Shown here piece after piece: positions 1-14,167 of a DNA stretch of 64,000 bases. Within the stretch, counting starts at the first letter, position 1, and each line of letters opens with the position of its first letter. Source of the DNA: the human T2T-CHM13v2.0 reference genome, Homo sapiens. The notes below the pieces were generated by a model. That model saw only the letters and a program-made list of their open reading frames with translations. It was not told the origin of the DNA and searched no databases. The translations under genes and the position numbers were made by a program. The stretch lies in assembly GCF_009914755.1 (NCBI RefSeq), contig NC_060945.1; one strand, given 5' to 3'.

Positions 1-199
1 AGCAACTTCAGGCTGCCCACCAAATGCAGTGGTAACATTCTTCTATGATTCGTCTACCCTATATTAAATCCTGATTCCTTATCATTCATGGTAAGTCTTC
101 TTCCCTGGTTGTAACCTATAAAGTTGGGTGCCTGGAATGAAGGTGTTACCACAACAAAAACCCAAGCCCATTGGCTCTGGGACAAGATAGCAAGAAGAA

Positions 200-1722
200 G
201 ATGAAAAGGACTTGAGAAGACCTTTAAAGCTGGAAGGGGCTTCACGAGACAATGAGGATGCCAAAAATATTGAGGATATTGTTATTGGAAAGTTCAGTCA
301 CACAGCTCCCTGTTGTAATATGGAAATTAAATAGGATATCTAGCACACTTTTTGATTTAGTTGGAGAGCTTTGCAGACAGAATAAGAAAAATGCCCCCAG
401 GCTTTTTCTAGCTTCCTGTAATTAAGTACAACATTGGTTGGGGGAGAGAGGCTAGGAAAGAAAGAGAGAAACTGTTCCATTTTAATTTATATTTTAGGAA
501 TTTAGAAGAAATATAAAGGACCCAGAGATTGTTGGATTTGAAAAGAAAATGTTTATTCATCCCCAGTTATTGCAAGCAAAAATTCTCAAAAAGAAAAGAA
601 ACAGCTTCAGCAAATATAAAATCCAGCACACTAAAAGAAACTCAGGATAAAAATCACAAGTATGTGGCTGCTATAAATCATTTAGTTGAGACCTCAAAAA
701 CTGTAAGGATGAAACGGGAGAGTTCCCTGATCCCCCTCACTGGACATGTGACAGGGGTGTGGCTTGCCTGTTCAGTTGAGCTATTTGATTGCAAAACATG
801 GCCATTCTGTGTGGAGGAGGACCCAGAGGTCAGAATCAATAGCACAGAAGGCAGTAACAAGAAACAAGGGGAATCATTTCCAGGAAGCAGACCTGTTCCC
901 AACCCTGAATGTCAGAATTACTAATAACCAATAACAGCCGTGCCTCTGTATTCCCTCCACTTGTGAACTGGAGTTTCTACTGCACTTACCTTTCTTCATC
1001 TCACCATTGTGTGGAATTAGAAAAAGTCTTTTTAGTTCACAGCTTATCAGATACAGAGGAACAAGGGCCAATTGGCCAGAACACCTCATCCATACCTGGA
1101 TCTGAATTAGATGATAGCCTCTTGAAACCTGGCCTAAGAATGGTGCTATAATGCAATGAGAATTTCACAAGACTCATGGGAAGGGTTAAATGTATTTTGT
1201 GTATGGTCAGAGGGAAGGCAATGGCTCATTAAAGATGACCATAAATTCTTTGACATTCATCTCATGTACTTATGGGGTATACATGCCTTCTCCTTGAACC
1301 TAAATGGGCTCTTTGACTGCTTTGGCAAATAAAACACAGCCAAAATGATGTTATGTCAGTCCCTGGGCCCAGGACTTAAGAGATGAACATTTTCATTTTG
1401 TGTCTTGGAATACTTGCCTTTGTAGTCTTGAGTCTTCACATAAGAAGTACAATTATCTTGCTAGAAGGACCATTTGGAGAAGTTCTAAGACTACATGGAC
1501 AGGGAAAAAGCCCAGATGAGCCCAACCTTCCAACAATTCCTGCTATGGCTAGGCCTGTGAGTGAACCCGTTTTGGATCTCTGAATCAGCTCACCAGCTGA
1601 ATATTACTACATGATGCCCATCAACATCACAGGGAGCAAATCATGAGATATAATTTTTTTTTGTTTGTGTAAATAAATAAGGCTTGGGGTAATTTACTAC
1701 ACTGAAATAGATAACTGAAATT
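200..1722 (+). mobile_element. Ancient MaLR: MLT1-type internal remnant plus MLT1 LTR (about 1200-1722); short ERV1-LTR-like fragment at about 709-776
   Basis: Resembles recalled MLT1F/G/H LTR sequence and ends ...atagataactgaaa; boundaries approximate. Confidence 0.55.
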
Positions 1723-3099
1723 ATATCTCAATGTTAGGCATCCCAGGCTTCAGCTGCTGGGACATGGAAAAAAAGCCATCCTTATCATTTTATTATGGCA
1801 AAGGCAAAGCACTTCCCCTTTTCTTGGCCTTCCTGGCAGTGAGTTGGCCTCAAGGTATAGAGCTATTCTTTGCTTCCCATACTGTAAATCTTACCAGCAC
1901 CATTCTTACTGGGTTAGTAAGCTTTTTAAACTTTGGAATCCAATAATTGGAAGCCATTTGTATCTCATACCCAGTTACATCCCCCTCCCAAGCTTTATCA
2001 GCAATAATTGTGTTTTGGCCTCCATCTACACTCTTTTGTTGTATTTCTCTTACCTTCAGAACTCAGGTAGATATGGGAGTAGGGAAAGGAGTATTTCCTT
2101 CATCCCCTTCTAAACTTCATCAACGTGTAGTATTTCTGCCAAGCCCAACATTCAGAATTTTAATGCAATCAGATTAGCTTTATTTGCTTTTAAAAGGCAG
2201 TAAGAAGAAAGGAAAGAACTGATTTATTTGTCATGTTCCATTAACCAACTCTAATAACTTTCTATATGCTCCCTAAACAATTTAAATGCATTTCTGCAAA
2301 TTGACCTGCCTTTAATCTCTTTGATACATATCTGTTAACTGGGAGGTTTATATCTACATAGACACCTATACCTCCCTGTATTTAAAGGGTGAGTAAAATT
2401 ATACAGCTTTAATACTTATTTTGTAAATTTATTTACCTCTCATTTCATTTTAAACATAAAAATTCCATTTAATCATATGCTATATCCATAAACCAATATG
2501 TTTTAAACTTAGTCTGAAAAAGTCATAGGAAATAATTTACATTAAAGCTGTTCTAAGAATTCACAACTTCTGCTTATTGTTGGCTTTTGGTTTCCTCTCA
2601 GAGTTGGCCATCTGGGTAGCTATTTCTTGGACTTCTTCCCTCACACCTATGCTCCAGCTACCACAAGGCACATAACCTGGAAAGCTTCAAGCCTGGTTTA
2701 ATCTTCTTAGGTGAAGTAAGATTACAAAAGCACTGTTTATCTCACTAAAAACCTTTCATTTGGATTACTTGGGAGTTCCTTCCAAAGGGACATGTGTGTA
2801 ATGACAAGACATCCCTTTCTTTGGTCTCCATGCTTTCTTCAGCAGGGGTCAAGGAGAGCTCCATATCTCTGTGTTCTGGTGAGAGACTCACCACTCTCTC
2901 TTCTCCCAACTCTAACCCCTGTGCTCAAAGCTTCTTCATCACTATTTCCCTTAAGACCATTAAGATCAATCTTATTATGCTGTTTGTCTTTATTTACCTC
3001 AACCACTACTAAAAACACAGGTCATCCCTCATTTCCCATACCATAGGCACCATTAGGTATGTGAACATCCCTATGCAGATTTCATATCCCACCCGTTCC

Positions 3100-3690
3100 C
3101 ATTTTGGAGCTTTTCTGCTATGTTTTATGAACTCACAGTCATTCAACAGCAAAATCCTCTGTGTCCTTAACTTATTTTCTTACCTTCCTAGTCTGAAACT
3201 AGATTCTCTCCTAAAGACACTTGTTCCTTTGCAGCTTTCTTGAGTAATAACTGTTTTCTCTTATACCCTCCTCATACAACTTGGCCTGGAGGAAAGAAAG
3301 TTGCCTCTTTGCTCAACATTGCTACTTCCAGATCATGCTCCTTCTTCCCTGCCATTGCGATATATTACTATCACCAGCCATGCCTCCTCATTGTACCATT
3401 CATAGTGCTCTCATGTCTTGAATTTAACACCTGGCTCACTGTCAGTCTTTTCAACACTGTTCCTGCCAAAATTCTCAGTGATTTCAAGTATAAGACCTAG
3501 TTGATCCTTCCAAATCACTGGATCTTTGATTTCCTAAACTTTTCTCTAATGATTTCAACTCTTACCCTATCTAATACATTCACTTTCATCATTGTATGTA
3601 AGACTTGGCCCCATCAACAAAAAATGCAACTTCTCCATATTTAAATTTCAAGAATCCCACTCTTCGCTGACCACCTCCTATTTTTCCACT
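3100..3690 (+). mobile_element. Degraded L2-like fragment
   Basis: CT-rich decayed sequence resembling the start of L2 ORF2. Confidence 0.4.
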
Positions 3691-4297
3691 AACAGATATG
3701 GACAAGAACAAGACAGAGTTTGTGAGAGCTGATATGATCATGTTTTAAACCCTAGGCTAAGGCAGCCTAAAGAAACTGCATTTCATAAAATTGTTTTATT
3801 ACTTTATTTTCAGAAATTTGAATATTTTTCACCTCTGTGTGTAATACTATATTAGACATCTTTGTGCAAATTGTTGATTTGTGTATGTATTACATAACAA
3901 CATACATCTCCAAGAGTTAATGGATGCAGAAGGATTCATTTTAGTACTCCTAGTATATTATTTGAAAGTGGTTAGCTGGTTAGCTTTGATCTAAAGAGTT
4001 ATGATTATGATGAGTGCTGGAGAGATAAAATACTTATTTTTCCCTCTATAATTCAGTATTGTTTGAACTTTTAAATAAGAACCATCATATATGAGTCAGT
4101 TATGTAACTAAAAGCTTTCAGTTTTGAAAATAGCAAGTAATATTAACCAGTGATTCACAAAAGAAAAAAAAACTATCAATGGATATATAAGAAAAAATGT
4201 CCCAAAGATGAAGTCTGAAGCCAGTATGAATATTCTTTTATTCTTTGTATCAAATTAATTATTCTACCTTCATAATTTTAGAATTTTTCTCAATACT

Positions 4298-4711
4298 TGT
4301 ATTAGTTTGTCCTCGCACTGCTATAAATAAGTATCCAAAACTGAGTAATTTATAAAGAAAAGAGGTTTAATTGGTTAATGGTTCCAAAGGCTGTAGAGAA
4401 AGCAGGATGCTGGCATCTGCTCAGCTTCTGGGGAGGCCTTAGGAAACTTACAATCATGGCAGAAGGTGAAGCAGGAGCGTCACATGGCAGGAGCAGGAGG
4501 AAGAGAGAGAGAGTGGGGAGGCTCTACACACTTTTCAACAACTAGATCTCCTGAGAACTCACTATAGAATACCAAGGGACGGTGGTGCTAAACCATTAAG
4601 AAGAAATCACACGCTCATGATCCAATCACCTCCCGCCAGGCCCCACCTCCAACAGTGGGGATTACAATTCAACCTGAGATTTGGATAGGGACACAGACCC
4701 AAACCCTATCA
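4298..4711 (-). mobile_element. MSTA/THE1-type MaLR solo LTR
   Basis: TGTATTAGT...CCCTATCA termini; 5-bp TSD ATACT (4293-4297 and 4712-4716). Confidence 0.9.
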
Positions 4712-5681
4712 ATACTATTGCCATCTTATTTATAGAATATTTAAAATGTGACATTCTTCTCATTGATTTTACCTGAAATACACTTCATTCTTCTAAATTG
4801 GCCTTTTTTTCCACTTATGGGATATACAAGAACACTCTTTTTCTCATCCATCTCTTTTTAAATTACATCTTATTCACTTTCATACCAACCTGTTCTTTCT
4901 TTGTAGTCTTCTTCTCATATTTAATTAATGTTGAAGCATCTTGTGTCCTGAAGAGAATAATAAACATGCTCATTACTACATTTCTTAAAGTAAGTATTTT
5001 TGGAATTTGCCTCTTCTCCGAAATATCATGATTTGTTCTCTGTTGCTGTATAATACATTTTAATATTCCCTCTTTTATAAGTACACTCATTCCTAAATGA
5101 GGAGAACTCTCCCAGCTGCAGTGTTAACCCAATTACATGAAGTGAGGAATGAGTTTATGTCCATTGAGTTTCAACTGGGGTACAAATCTTATTCTTACCT
5201 GGAATCAGAGGGCTATGGGTGGACCATGGGCTGAGTTCATATGCTCTTTCATTGCTATGAAGGCTTTTATCTGTTTGGGTTCTGCAGAAATTAAATGAGC
5301 TCTTTCTATGTTCACCTCTGGCTTTTTAACATTCCTACCAGATAATGCACATGGATCTGTAAAATCCCCAGTGTGCACCATGAGAGAAGGTCTTCCTGAC
5401 CCCCTCCCTGTTTCTCATGCTTGTTGTAGACATTACATCTTGCAGAAAATAGTAATCTGCCACCACCAGTTTACTTTCAGATGGCCCTTGGTTCCATCCC
5501 ATTTGTATGATAGGAATTTTGGTCTCTAATGTAATGTAGAAAAAGTTCACTTAAAATTTAGATGTTGACATGACAAAGTAGCATCGAGGCAGTAGATCAA
5601 TGGCTGTCAAGGTTACTATTCAATAAAGATATTTGCATTTAGAAACAGGAAGAAAGTCGCAGAGAATCAAGAAAGGATGGC

Positions 5682-7015
5682 TGTTGTGGGAAGTCAGGGA
5701 CCCCAAACAGGGGGACGGGCTGGAGCTGTGGCAGAGGAAACATAAATTGTGAAGATTTCATGGACGTTTATCATTTCTCTAATAATACTCTTATAATTTC
5801 TTACGCCTCTTACTTTAATCTCTTAATCCTGTTATCTTCGTAACAGGTCACCTCAGGACCCTGTGATGATTGCTTGTTTACTTTTGGGATAATTTGAAAA
5901 CAAAATCAGTCTTTGTATGGTATTTTTCCCCCACCTGCTTGGTTTGATTTTTGTTTATTTTATATCTCATGAACAAAAGTGTTATTTAATAACTTCTTGC
6001 CATTTTAAGAACATGACTGTAATTAATTTGCTTCACTCAGCTTCTAAGATAACCACTAGTATAAACAGAATAAAATAAAACTCACAAATTGTACAAACTG
6101 ATTGTAAAACATGTGTGTTTGAACAATATGAAATCTGATTGTAAAACATGTGTGTCTGAACAATATAAAATCAGTGCACCTTGAAAAAGAACAGAATAAC
6201 AGTGATTTTAGGGAACAAGGGAAGATAACCATAAGGTCTGACTGCCTGCCGGGTCAGGTAAAAAGAGCCATATTTTTCTTCTTGCAGAGAGCCTATAAAC
6301 AGACGTGAAAGTAAGAGAGATATCGCTAAATTCTTCTCCTAGCAAGGAATATTAAATATTAAGACCCTAAGAAAATAATTGCATTCCTTGTGGAAGGTCT
6401 ATAAACGGCTGCTCTGGGACTGTCTGTCCTATGTGGTTGAGATAAGGACTGAGATATGCCCTGGTCTCCTGCAGTACCCTCAGGGTTATTAGGGTGGGGA
6501 AAAAAAATCCCGCCCTGGTAAATTTGAGGTCAGACCACTTCTCTGCTCTTGAACCCTGTTTTCTGTTGTTATGATGTTTATCAAGACAATACATTCACAG
6601 CTGAACATAGACCCTCATCAGTAATTCTAATTTTGCCCTTTGCTTTGTGATCTTGTTTTTACCCTTTGCCTTGTGATCTTTGCTGGACCCTTATCAGGAG
6701 TTCCTGATTTTGTCCTTGCCCTATTTCCTCGGAAGCATGTGATCTTTGCTCTGCCTTTTGCCCTTTGAAGCATGTGATCTTTGTGACCTACTCCCTGTTC
6801 GTACACTCCCTCCCCTTTTGGAATCCCTAATAAAAACTTGCTGGTGTTGCGGCTCAGGTGGCCATCACAGACCTACCAATGTGTGATGTCACCCCTGGTG
6901 GCCCAGCTGTAAAATTCCTCTCTCTGTACTGTTTCTCTTTATTTCTCAGGCCAGCTGACACTTAGGGGAAATAGAAAGAACCTATGTTGAAATATTGGGG
7001 GCAGGTTCCCCTATA
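5682..7015 (+). mobile_element. MER11 (HERV-K11/HML-8) solo LTR with a foreign 211-bp insert
   Basis: Starts TGTTGTGGGAAGTCAGGGACCCC, ends GGTTCCCCTATA; 6-bp TSD GATGGC (5676-5681 and 7016-7021). Confidence 0.92.
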
Positions 7016-7332
7016 GATGGCTTGCTGTTTCCCACAGCTGAACTCATTGGCCACTTACTTCCATCAGCCAGGCAGTCTCCAGAAAATTCTCCCAGACCCA
7101 GGCAAGATACTACCATGGCTGTTGTGAGTTTTATTTTCTTCTGTTTCTACTAGTGGTTATCTTAGAAGCTGAGTGAAGCAAATTAATTACAGTCATGTTC
7201 TTAAAATGACAAGAAGTTATTAAATAACACTTTTATTCATGAGATATAAAATAGACAAAAATCAAACCAAGCAGGTGGGGTAAAAATACCATACAAAGAC
7301 TGATTTTGGTTTCCAATGATCTCAAAAGTAAA
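5877..7332. repeat. Long inverted repeat, arms 5877-6087 and 7122-7332 (211 bp, about 95% identical)
   Basis: Manual reverse-complement alignment: 10 mismatches, no gaps. Confidence 0.95.
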
Positions 7333-7512
7333 TTTAAAGTACTGATATTTTCTGTAATTTTCATTTTTTTAACTAGGAAAATCATATAAAGACATGCTAG
7401 GACAATTCATTTAAACATAAAAAATAAACATTTCATAAAAATCACATCAGTGCTGATGACTTAATGGCAGCCTAATATCCTGAAAGTAAACTAATCTGTC
7501 ACCATAGCTTTT

Positions 7513-7712
7513 TTTTTTTTTTTTTGAGACAATCTCCTCTGTTACCCAGGCCGGAGTGGTGCAATCTTGGCTCACTGCAACCTCTGCCTCCTGGGTTCAA
7601 GCGATTCTCCTGCCTCAGCCTCCTGAGTAGCTGAGATTACAGGCATGCACCATGAAGACTGGCTAATTTTTGTATTTTTAGTAGAGACGGGGTTTAACCA
7701 TGTTGGCCAGGC
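7513..7712 (-). mobile_element. 5'-truncated AluS
   Basis: Poly-T plus Alu right arm; 17-bp TSD CTGTCACCATAGCTTTT at 7496 and 7713. Confidence 0.92.
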
Positions 7713-9339
7713 CTGTCACCATAGCTTTTGAGGGCTATTTGGTACCTTTAAATCAAATAAACTGGGTATTAATTCTTCTTAACACTCACCTGAAGATTCA
7801 TTGTTTATTAATACTTAAGTCAAGTGTGTAATGATAAGTAATCTGATTGCAGGCACATATACATTTAATTTGATTTATATGGTTACTTAGAACATTTTCA
7901 GAACTTACCATATTCTAGCAGTTCTAAATTCCCTATATAACAGGTCCTTTAATATTTCTTCATGAAATGGAATACCTGAAATCCATATCCATCCCATATT
8001 AAGTACAGAATCATGGACCAATGAAATTTGCATAATTTTATATGCAAAGTGGGAGACAATGATCTATCCCCACGTTGGGGCTAAAGTACTAAGATTGTCC
8101 TAAGTACCTTGTAAATGCTTAGTAAATATGATTTTCCCTCTAGACCACAATAATTATTCCACATTTGTTCAAGAGTTCTATTTGTACTTATGAGAGGGCA
8201 CATGGAAATGGACCAACATTCTGTCAGTACAAACACTGAAAAGCAAAGCTTTGTTCCCCAAGAATGAGAGAACACTCAACAAAGCAGCATGGTTTAACAG
8301 CTTGCAATGTTAACAAAAGGATATTTTACAGTATGTTCAGCTCTCCATATCTCTGTGCCTATGCTTATCCATTGAATCAGATAATTGATATCATCCTTTA
8401 ATTCAGTTATCTGTGCAAGAATCTATTTTAATATTTCTTTACCCTGTAGAAAACAGGATTAGAAGAGGACTATACCTCATTTCCTCAATTTTTAAGTCCA
8501 TTATCTAACTAGCATATTCAGATTGTGAAGGAAAAGTTGCTATAATGTGATACAGCAGGAACAGTGAGTTAAAATTCTTCCTAGCAAATCCAAGGCAACT
8601 ATATTCACATCCTAGAGTGCAGTGATGATGGACATAACTAGATATTCGGTGTTCAACATATCATTTTACTTTATTCTACAGTTTTATCTATGCAAAGACA
8701 ATGTTCGTGTTCTGACTTATCATCTCCTCTGCTACCATGGAGACACCAATGTTTAAAATACTTTACAAAATTCATTTTTGCAGTGAGAAATAGAAGAGCA
8801 ATATATGTTTTACATGTGTCTGAGAATTGTTATATTATAATCCTGCAGCTTTCTGAAAGACAAATAGCAGTTGATAAATACAGAATGGTTATACAGAATT
8901 ATCAATCCTTCTTAGTGGCTTTCAGAAGGCTAAGGAAATCATTTCAGACTTAAGAACTATGAAGCCAAACTAAACACTAATCCCAGAAAAAGACTCCTTG
9001 TCTTGCATTCTAACCATAAGTACTTCCTTTGAGATTTCGTAAAACAAGAAAACAAAAGCAAACAAACAAACAAAACCCTTAAAAACAGGGTTTGGCTATT
9101 AATCCAACTAATTCTTATATGCGGAATTTTTTTCTGATTTATCAAATCCAGTAGAGAGTAACAACCAGTTAACTACACAGTAAGCAAACTCCACTCTGAC
9201 AACCATAATTCAAGAAGCTGTAGACATCAAGCTTCTAGTAAAAAGTACAGAGTCAGGGGCATTCAGTATATGTTAGGACTGATCAATTAACTCTCCTTGA
9301 CCCTTTGCTCTTCTCTCATGATGCTTTTTGTCAAAAATA

Positions 9340-9691
9340 CAGTCATCATCACTTAATCGTGGGGATATATTCTGAGACATGTGTCATTAGGTGATTTAGT
9401 TGTTGTACCAACATCATAGAGTGTACTTACACAAACCTAGATAGAAAGACTAACTACCCACCTAGGCTATATGGTATAGCTTATTGCTCCTAGGCTACCA
9501 CCCTGTACTGCATGTGACTGTCCTGAATACCACATGCAATTGTAACACAGTGGTATCTGTGTATTTAAACATATCTAAACATAAAAAAATACAATAAAAA
9601 TGCAGTATTATAATCTTATGTGGTCAACCACCGTATATGCTGTCACATAGTTCAGTTGTTGACTGAAATGTTGTTATGTGGTGCCTGGCGG
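9340..9691 (+). mobile_element. Tigger3a-like TcMar DNA transposon (non-autonomous)
   Basis: CAGTCAT... terminal repeat with TA flanks; internal AGAGTGTACTTACACAAACCTAGAT. Confidence 0.8.
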
Positions 9692-10485
9692 TATCTCATC
9701 CATCAACTCTGTGAAGCACACCTGTGTCCATATTCCATCCCCCACCAAGCTCACCCTGAATACCAATCCCTTATACAAAAATGCCTATTGTGTGCTATAA
9801 CTGTGGATATTGAATGTTGTTGATTGTTTGGAAAACAGGGGTGAAAAGCCAAGATTCAAAATAATAGGAAGTTCTGCTTCAAAAACTAAGCACTTCTCCC
9901 TGAATTCCCTCTCAGGAAGGGAACCCTTCTTGAAATGTATCTCAGAGGTGACAATGGACAGCTTTTTAAAAAAACTCCTTTTAATCACACACTTGTGTGT
10001 GCATAGGTATCTGGCTGACACCTGATCATTAAGAATAAAATAGATTATTTTGGTCCACAGAATTTCACAGATGGGTAGTAAAAGTCAGTTGCCAGTTCCA
10101 TTAAATAAATAAAACAACAACAACAAGAACCTTAGTAGAGCTCCTTTATAAATGATTTCTTCTACTACACAAAACAGGGTGAATCACTGTGAAATGTGGC
10201 CAGGTTAATTAATCAAAAGGAAGATGCTTTTATTTGATATTGTTCATTGACAGAATTTTTTTTTCAGAAAAGCCACTTTTGCAAAATATGTAGGAAAAAT
10301 ACTTAATATAATTATAATTCCTTAAGAACTTAAATACATTTCAAAAATATTATCTAAAAATGTGCTACAACTAGCTTAGTCTATTTCTAGTGAAGTGTTA
10401 AAAAAAGAATTAAAGAATTAATCTTAAAAGCTAGCATCTGTGTTTTCATTGTGTAAAATCTTTGTTTAGAAAAATACCTTGAAAA

Positions 10486-10500
10486 GCCACTAGAGGGCAA
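10486..10500 (+). promoter_or_regulatory. CTCF-like motif GCCACTAGAGGGCAA
   Basis: Matches the core consensus CCASYAGRKGGCR in apparently non-repeat DNA. Confidence 0.65.
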
Positions 10501-10778
10501 TAATTAGCGAAAAACTAGGAAATGTAAAATGTACCAGGACCCGACAGAAATGAATAGGATGGTGTGGGAAAGAACAAAGAAGAAAAACTGAGGTAAACTG
10601 AAAGAGGAGCAAGAGAGAAGACAATTACAAACATGGTGCAAGACTTCATCCATTATTGGCAGAAGGTGCCACGGGACAGTGTTCACTATTCAGTTTCAAA
10701 TTTGCAGCAATATCAACCTAGACTGTCTGTCCAGAGCACCAGTAAAGTCAGCAATGCCAGCAAAGGCCTTCTGTGAAT

Positions 10779-10781
<3 letters not shown>

Positions 10782-10831
<50 letters not shown>
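10782..10831. repeat. (GT)25 microsatellite
   Basis: Seen directly. Confidence 0.97.
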
Positions 10832-10832
<1 letters not shown>

Positions 10833-11789
10833 GACAATAAGGAAACCTCTGGAGTCGGTATTTGAGTAAACAATGTTTGGAACAGTGCCAATATATTACT
10901 TGTCTTAACTTAGTAGAAGCAAGAGTTTGAAAGTAAAGATGGCTATGGCAATGACTATATTGAGTACTCCTAGAAATCTTGGAGATGCCTTTTAATTTTT
11001 CACAAGACATGAATTTAGGGTTTGAACCAATCTTGTGATCTTAAGTGGCAGGAACAGTTTAGCTATCACAAATTGTAGATTAAACACAAATACACAGAAC
11101 ACTCCTTAATTATTGAGGAAAAGATTAGCACAGGGCTTTTAAGGGGTTGCTGGTTCACAGTGGCAGATAAAACAGTCATATGCATACACACATATATAAG
11201 GCAAATTTTGGCATAAAAAACAACACATATACATGCTTTATTTTTGGCATATATATGTATAGGTGTGTGTACGTGTGTGCGTCATATATATAATATATAT
11301 ATATGTTGTTTCATATGCCAAAAATCAGGCATATAAAACAATAGGAAGTCCCAGAAGAAAGAAGAGCCCAGTACATTTATGTAATACGCTGTTCCTAAAA
11401 GTGGGGGCAGCAATAAAAGTACTCTAGACCCAGAGTTTGCAGATATCAGGAATAAGGAAGTATCCAGGAGCAACTGCCAGTGTGATCTGTTATGTTATTT
11501 GCAGAAGGATCCCCTGGGCTGGTTTTCCTCTGCCCATCTCCTGTGGGATCCTCCTGTGGGGAGCAGCACCAAGGCGCTAGAACTCCAGGTGGATCTGCAA
11601 GAAGTGCATCACACTTACCACTGACCTTAGCAGGTGTTCTTTGTTTTTATTCCATTTATATTTACATTTTTATGATAGAAAACTATACTATTTGAATATC
11701 AATATTGTTACTAATTCTAGGGATGTGGACCAAACAGATAAATGTAATCAAAATGGTTTCATTTTATAAAATTTATTTTTTATTTCTAA

Positions 11790-12907
11790 GTCAATCATTT
11801 TAATAGGTATGTACTGGTATCTTACTGTGGTTTTAATTTACATTTTCCTAATGAATAACAATGTTGAATATCTTTTCATGGCTTTTTTGCCACCTGAATA
11901 TATTTTCATTGGTCTGTTCAACTCATTTAAAAAAATTGGTTGTTTGTATTCTTAGTATTGGGTTTTGAGAGAATTCTTTTTATATTCTGGATATAAGTCC
12001 ATTATAAGATGTGTAATTTGCAGATATTTTCTCCTAGCTGGTGCTTGTCTTTTCATTCTCTTAACATGTTGTTTGAAGAGCAGAAGTTTTGAATTTTACG
12101 AAGTCTAACATCAACTTTTTTCTTTAACTTTTATTTTAGCTTCCCAGGTACATGTGGAGGATCTCAGTTTTGTTACGTAGGTAAATATGTGCCATGGTGG
12201 TTTACCGCACAGAACAACCCAGCACCTAGCTATTTAGCTCAGCATCCATAAGCTATTCTCCCTGATGCTCTCCCTCCCGCCATCCACCCAAGACAGGCCC
12301 CAATGTGTGTTGTTCCCCACCATGTGTCCATATGTTCTCATCTTTCAGCTCCCACTTACAAGTGAGAACACATGGTGTGTGGTTTTCTGTTCCTGCATTA
12401 GTTTGCTGAGGAGAATGTCTTCCAGCTCCATCCATGTCCCTACAAAGGACATGATCTCATTCCTTTTTATGGCTGGATAGTATTCCATGGTGTATATGCG
12501 CCACATTTTCTTTATCCAGTCTATCATTGATGGGCATTTAGGTCGTTACCATGTCTTTGCTATTGTGGATAGTGCTGCCGTGAACATAATCATGCATGTG
12601 TCTTTATAATAGATTGATTTATATTCCTTTGGGCATATATCCAGTAATGGGTTTGCTGGGTCAAATGGTATTCTGCTTCTAGATTTAGAGGAATCATCAC
12701 ACTGTCTTTCAGAATGGTTGAACTAGTTTACATTCCCACCAACAGTGTAAAGGTGTTCCTTTTTCTCCACAACGTTGTCAGCATCTGCTACTTCTTAACA
12801 AAGATGGTTGTAGGTGTGTGGCCTTATTTCCCAGTTCTCTATTCTGGTCCATTGGTCTATATGTCTGTTTTTGCACCAGTACCATGCTGTTTTGGTTACT
12901 GCAGCCT
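11790..12907 (-). mobile_element. Old L1M fragment followed by an L1PA (about L1PA8) 3' end from about 12116
   Basis: Minus-strand ORF 12345..12527 (WIKKMWRIYTMEYY...SFVGTWMELE) is the L1 ORF2 C-terminus; L1 3' UTR motifs. Confidence 0.88.
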
Positions 12908-13136
12908 TCACTTTACAAAATTTCTAACATATCTGAAGGGTTGCTAACTTCTCTTACAAGTTAGGGAAGTCAGTATACCATAAAGCACTTGGGTGATACT
13001 TTGTGCATTCCCTTAGAGAACTATTTCCTTAGAAATCCGAAGCCTGTCTCTGAGTCAGGGTAATTCTCTGTCACCTTGAAACTCACTTTTGGGTTCATTG
13101 TGATTCTGCATTCTGTCCCATTTCATGGCTTCCTAG

Positions 13137-13497
<361 letters not shown>

Positions 13498-13789
13498 ATT
13501 CTCTTTTAAAGGTGAAAGCTGTTTGCCCTGAGAGAGTACTGGTCTCTTCCTCTCAAGGGGACTATACTGTTCTTATTTGGCCACTGAACTGATGGTTAAG
13601 TACAGTGGGTTAAGAGAACAAAAGGCCTAGAGATGTTACAGGGAATATGTTGTTCCCTCTGCTCATGTTTCTACTCTGTAGATATCCCAAAAGGGATTTT
13701 TTTTTTAAATTTTTTATTTCTATAGGTTTTTGGGGGAACAGGTGGTATTTGGTTATATGAGTAAGTTCTTTACTGGTGATTTGTGAGAT

Positions 13790-14040
13790 TTATATTTAGA
13801 ATTTATATTAATAAATATAAATTTATTTATACTATATATAATTAAATCTACATAGTAGATTTATATTTATGTAGATTTCTACTATAGTAGATCTATATAA
13901 GTTATAATATAAATATATAGAGATTTATATTAGATTTACCTAATAATTTATATTATAATAGATTTACACAAATAAATATCAATATATTAATAAATATACA
14001 TTTATTAATCTACATAGTAGATTTATATTTGTACACATAT
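13790..14040. repeat. AT-rich low-complexity tract with short palindromes, between an L1PB-like 3' fragment and an MLT2-like end
   Basis: Nearly GC-free; AATCTACATAGTAGATTTATATTT occurs twice. Confidence 0.8.
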
Positions 14041-14167
14041 ATCCTATTGATTGTATTTCTCTGAAGAACACGGATGAATACGCTACTGATCTTATCATCC
14101 TTCCACCCTCACATTTGCCCATACTTTATACAACCGTTTGGTATTGCTATTTCACTCTTTAAGGGGT

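Noticed and set aside
529-924. 131-aa ORF
   Set aside because: It starts at TTG, spans LTR-derived fragments and shows no recognisable protein motif.
6098-6790. Short tandem units (37-bp CTGATTGTAAAACATG... pair; TTTGCCCTTTG...GTGATCT units) that look array-like
   Set aside because: They lie inside the MER11 LTR, where such repeats are expected. There are no unique spacers or cas genes, so this is not CRISPR.
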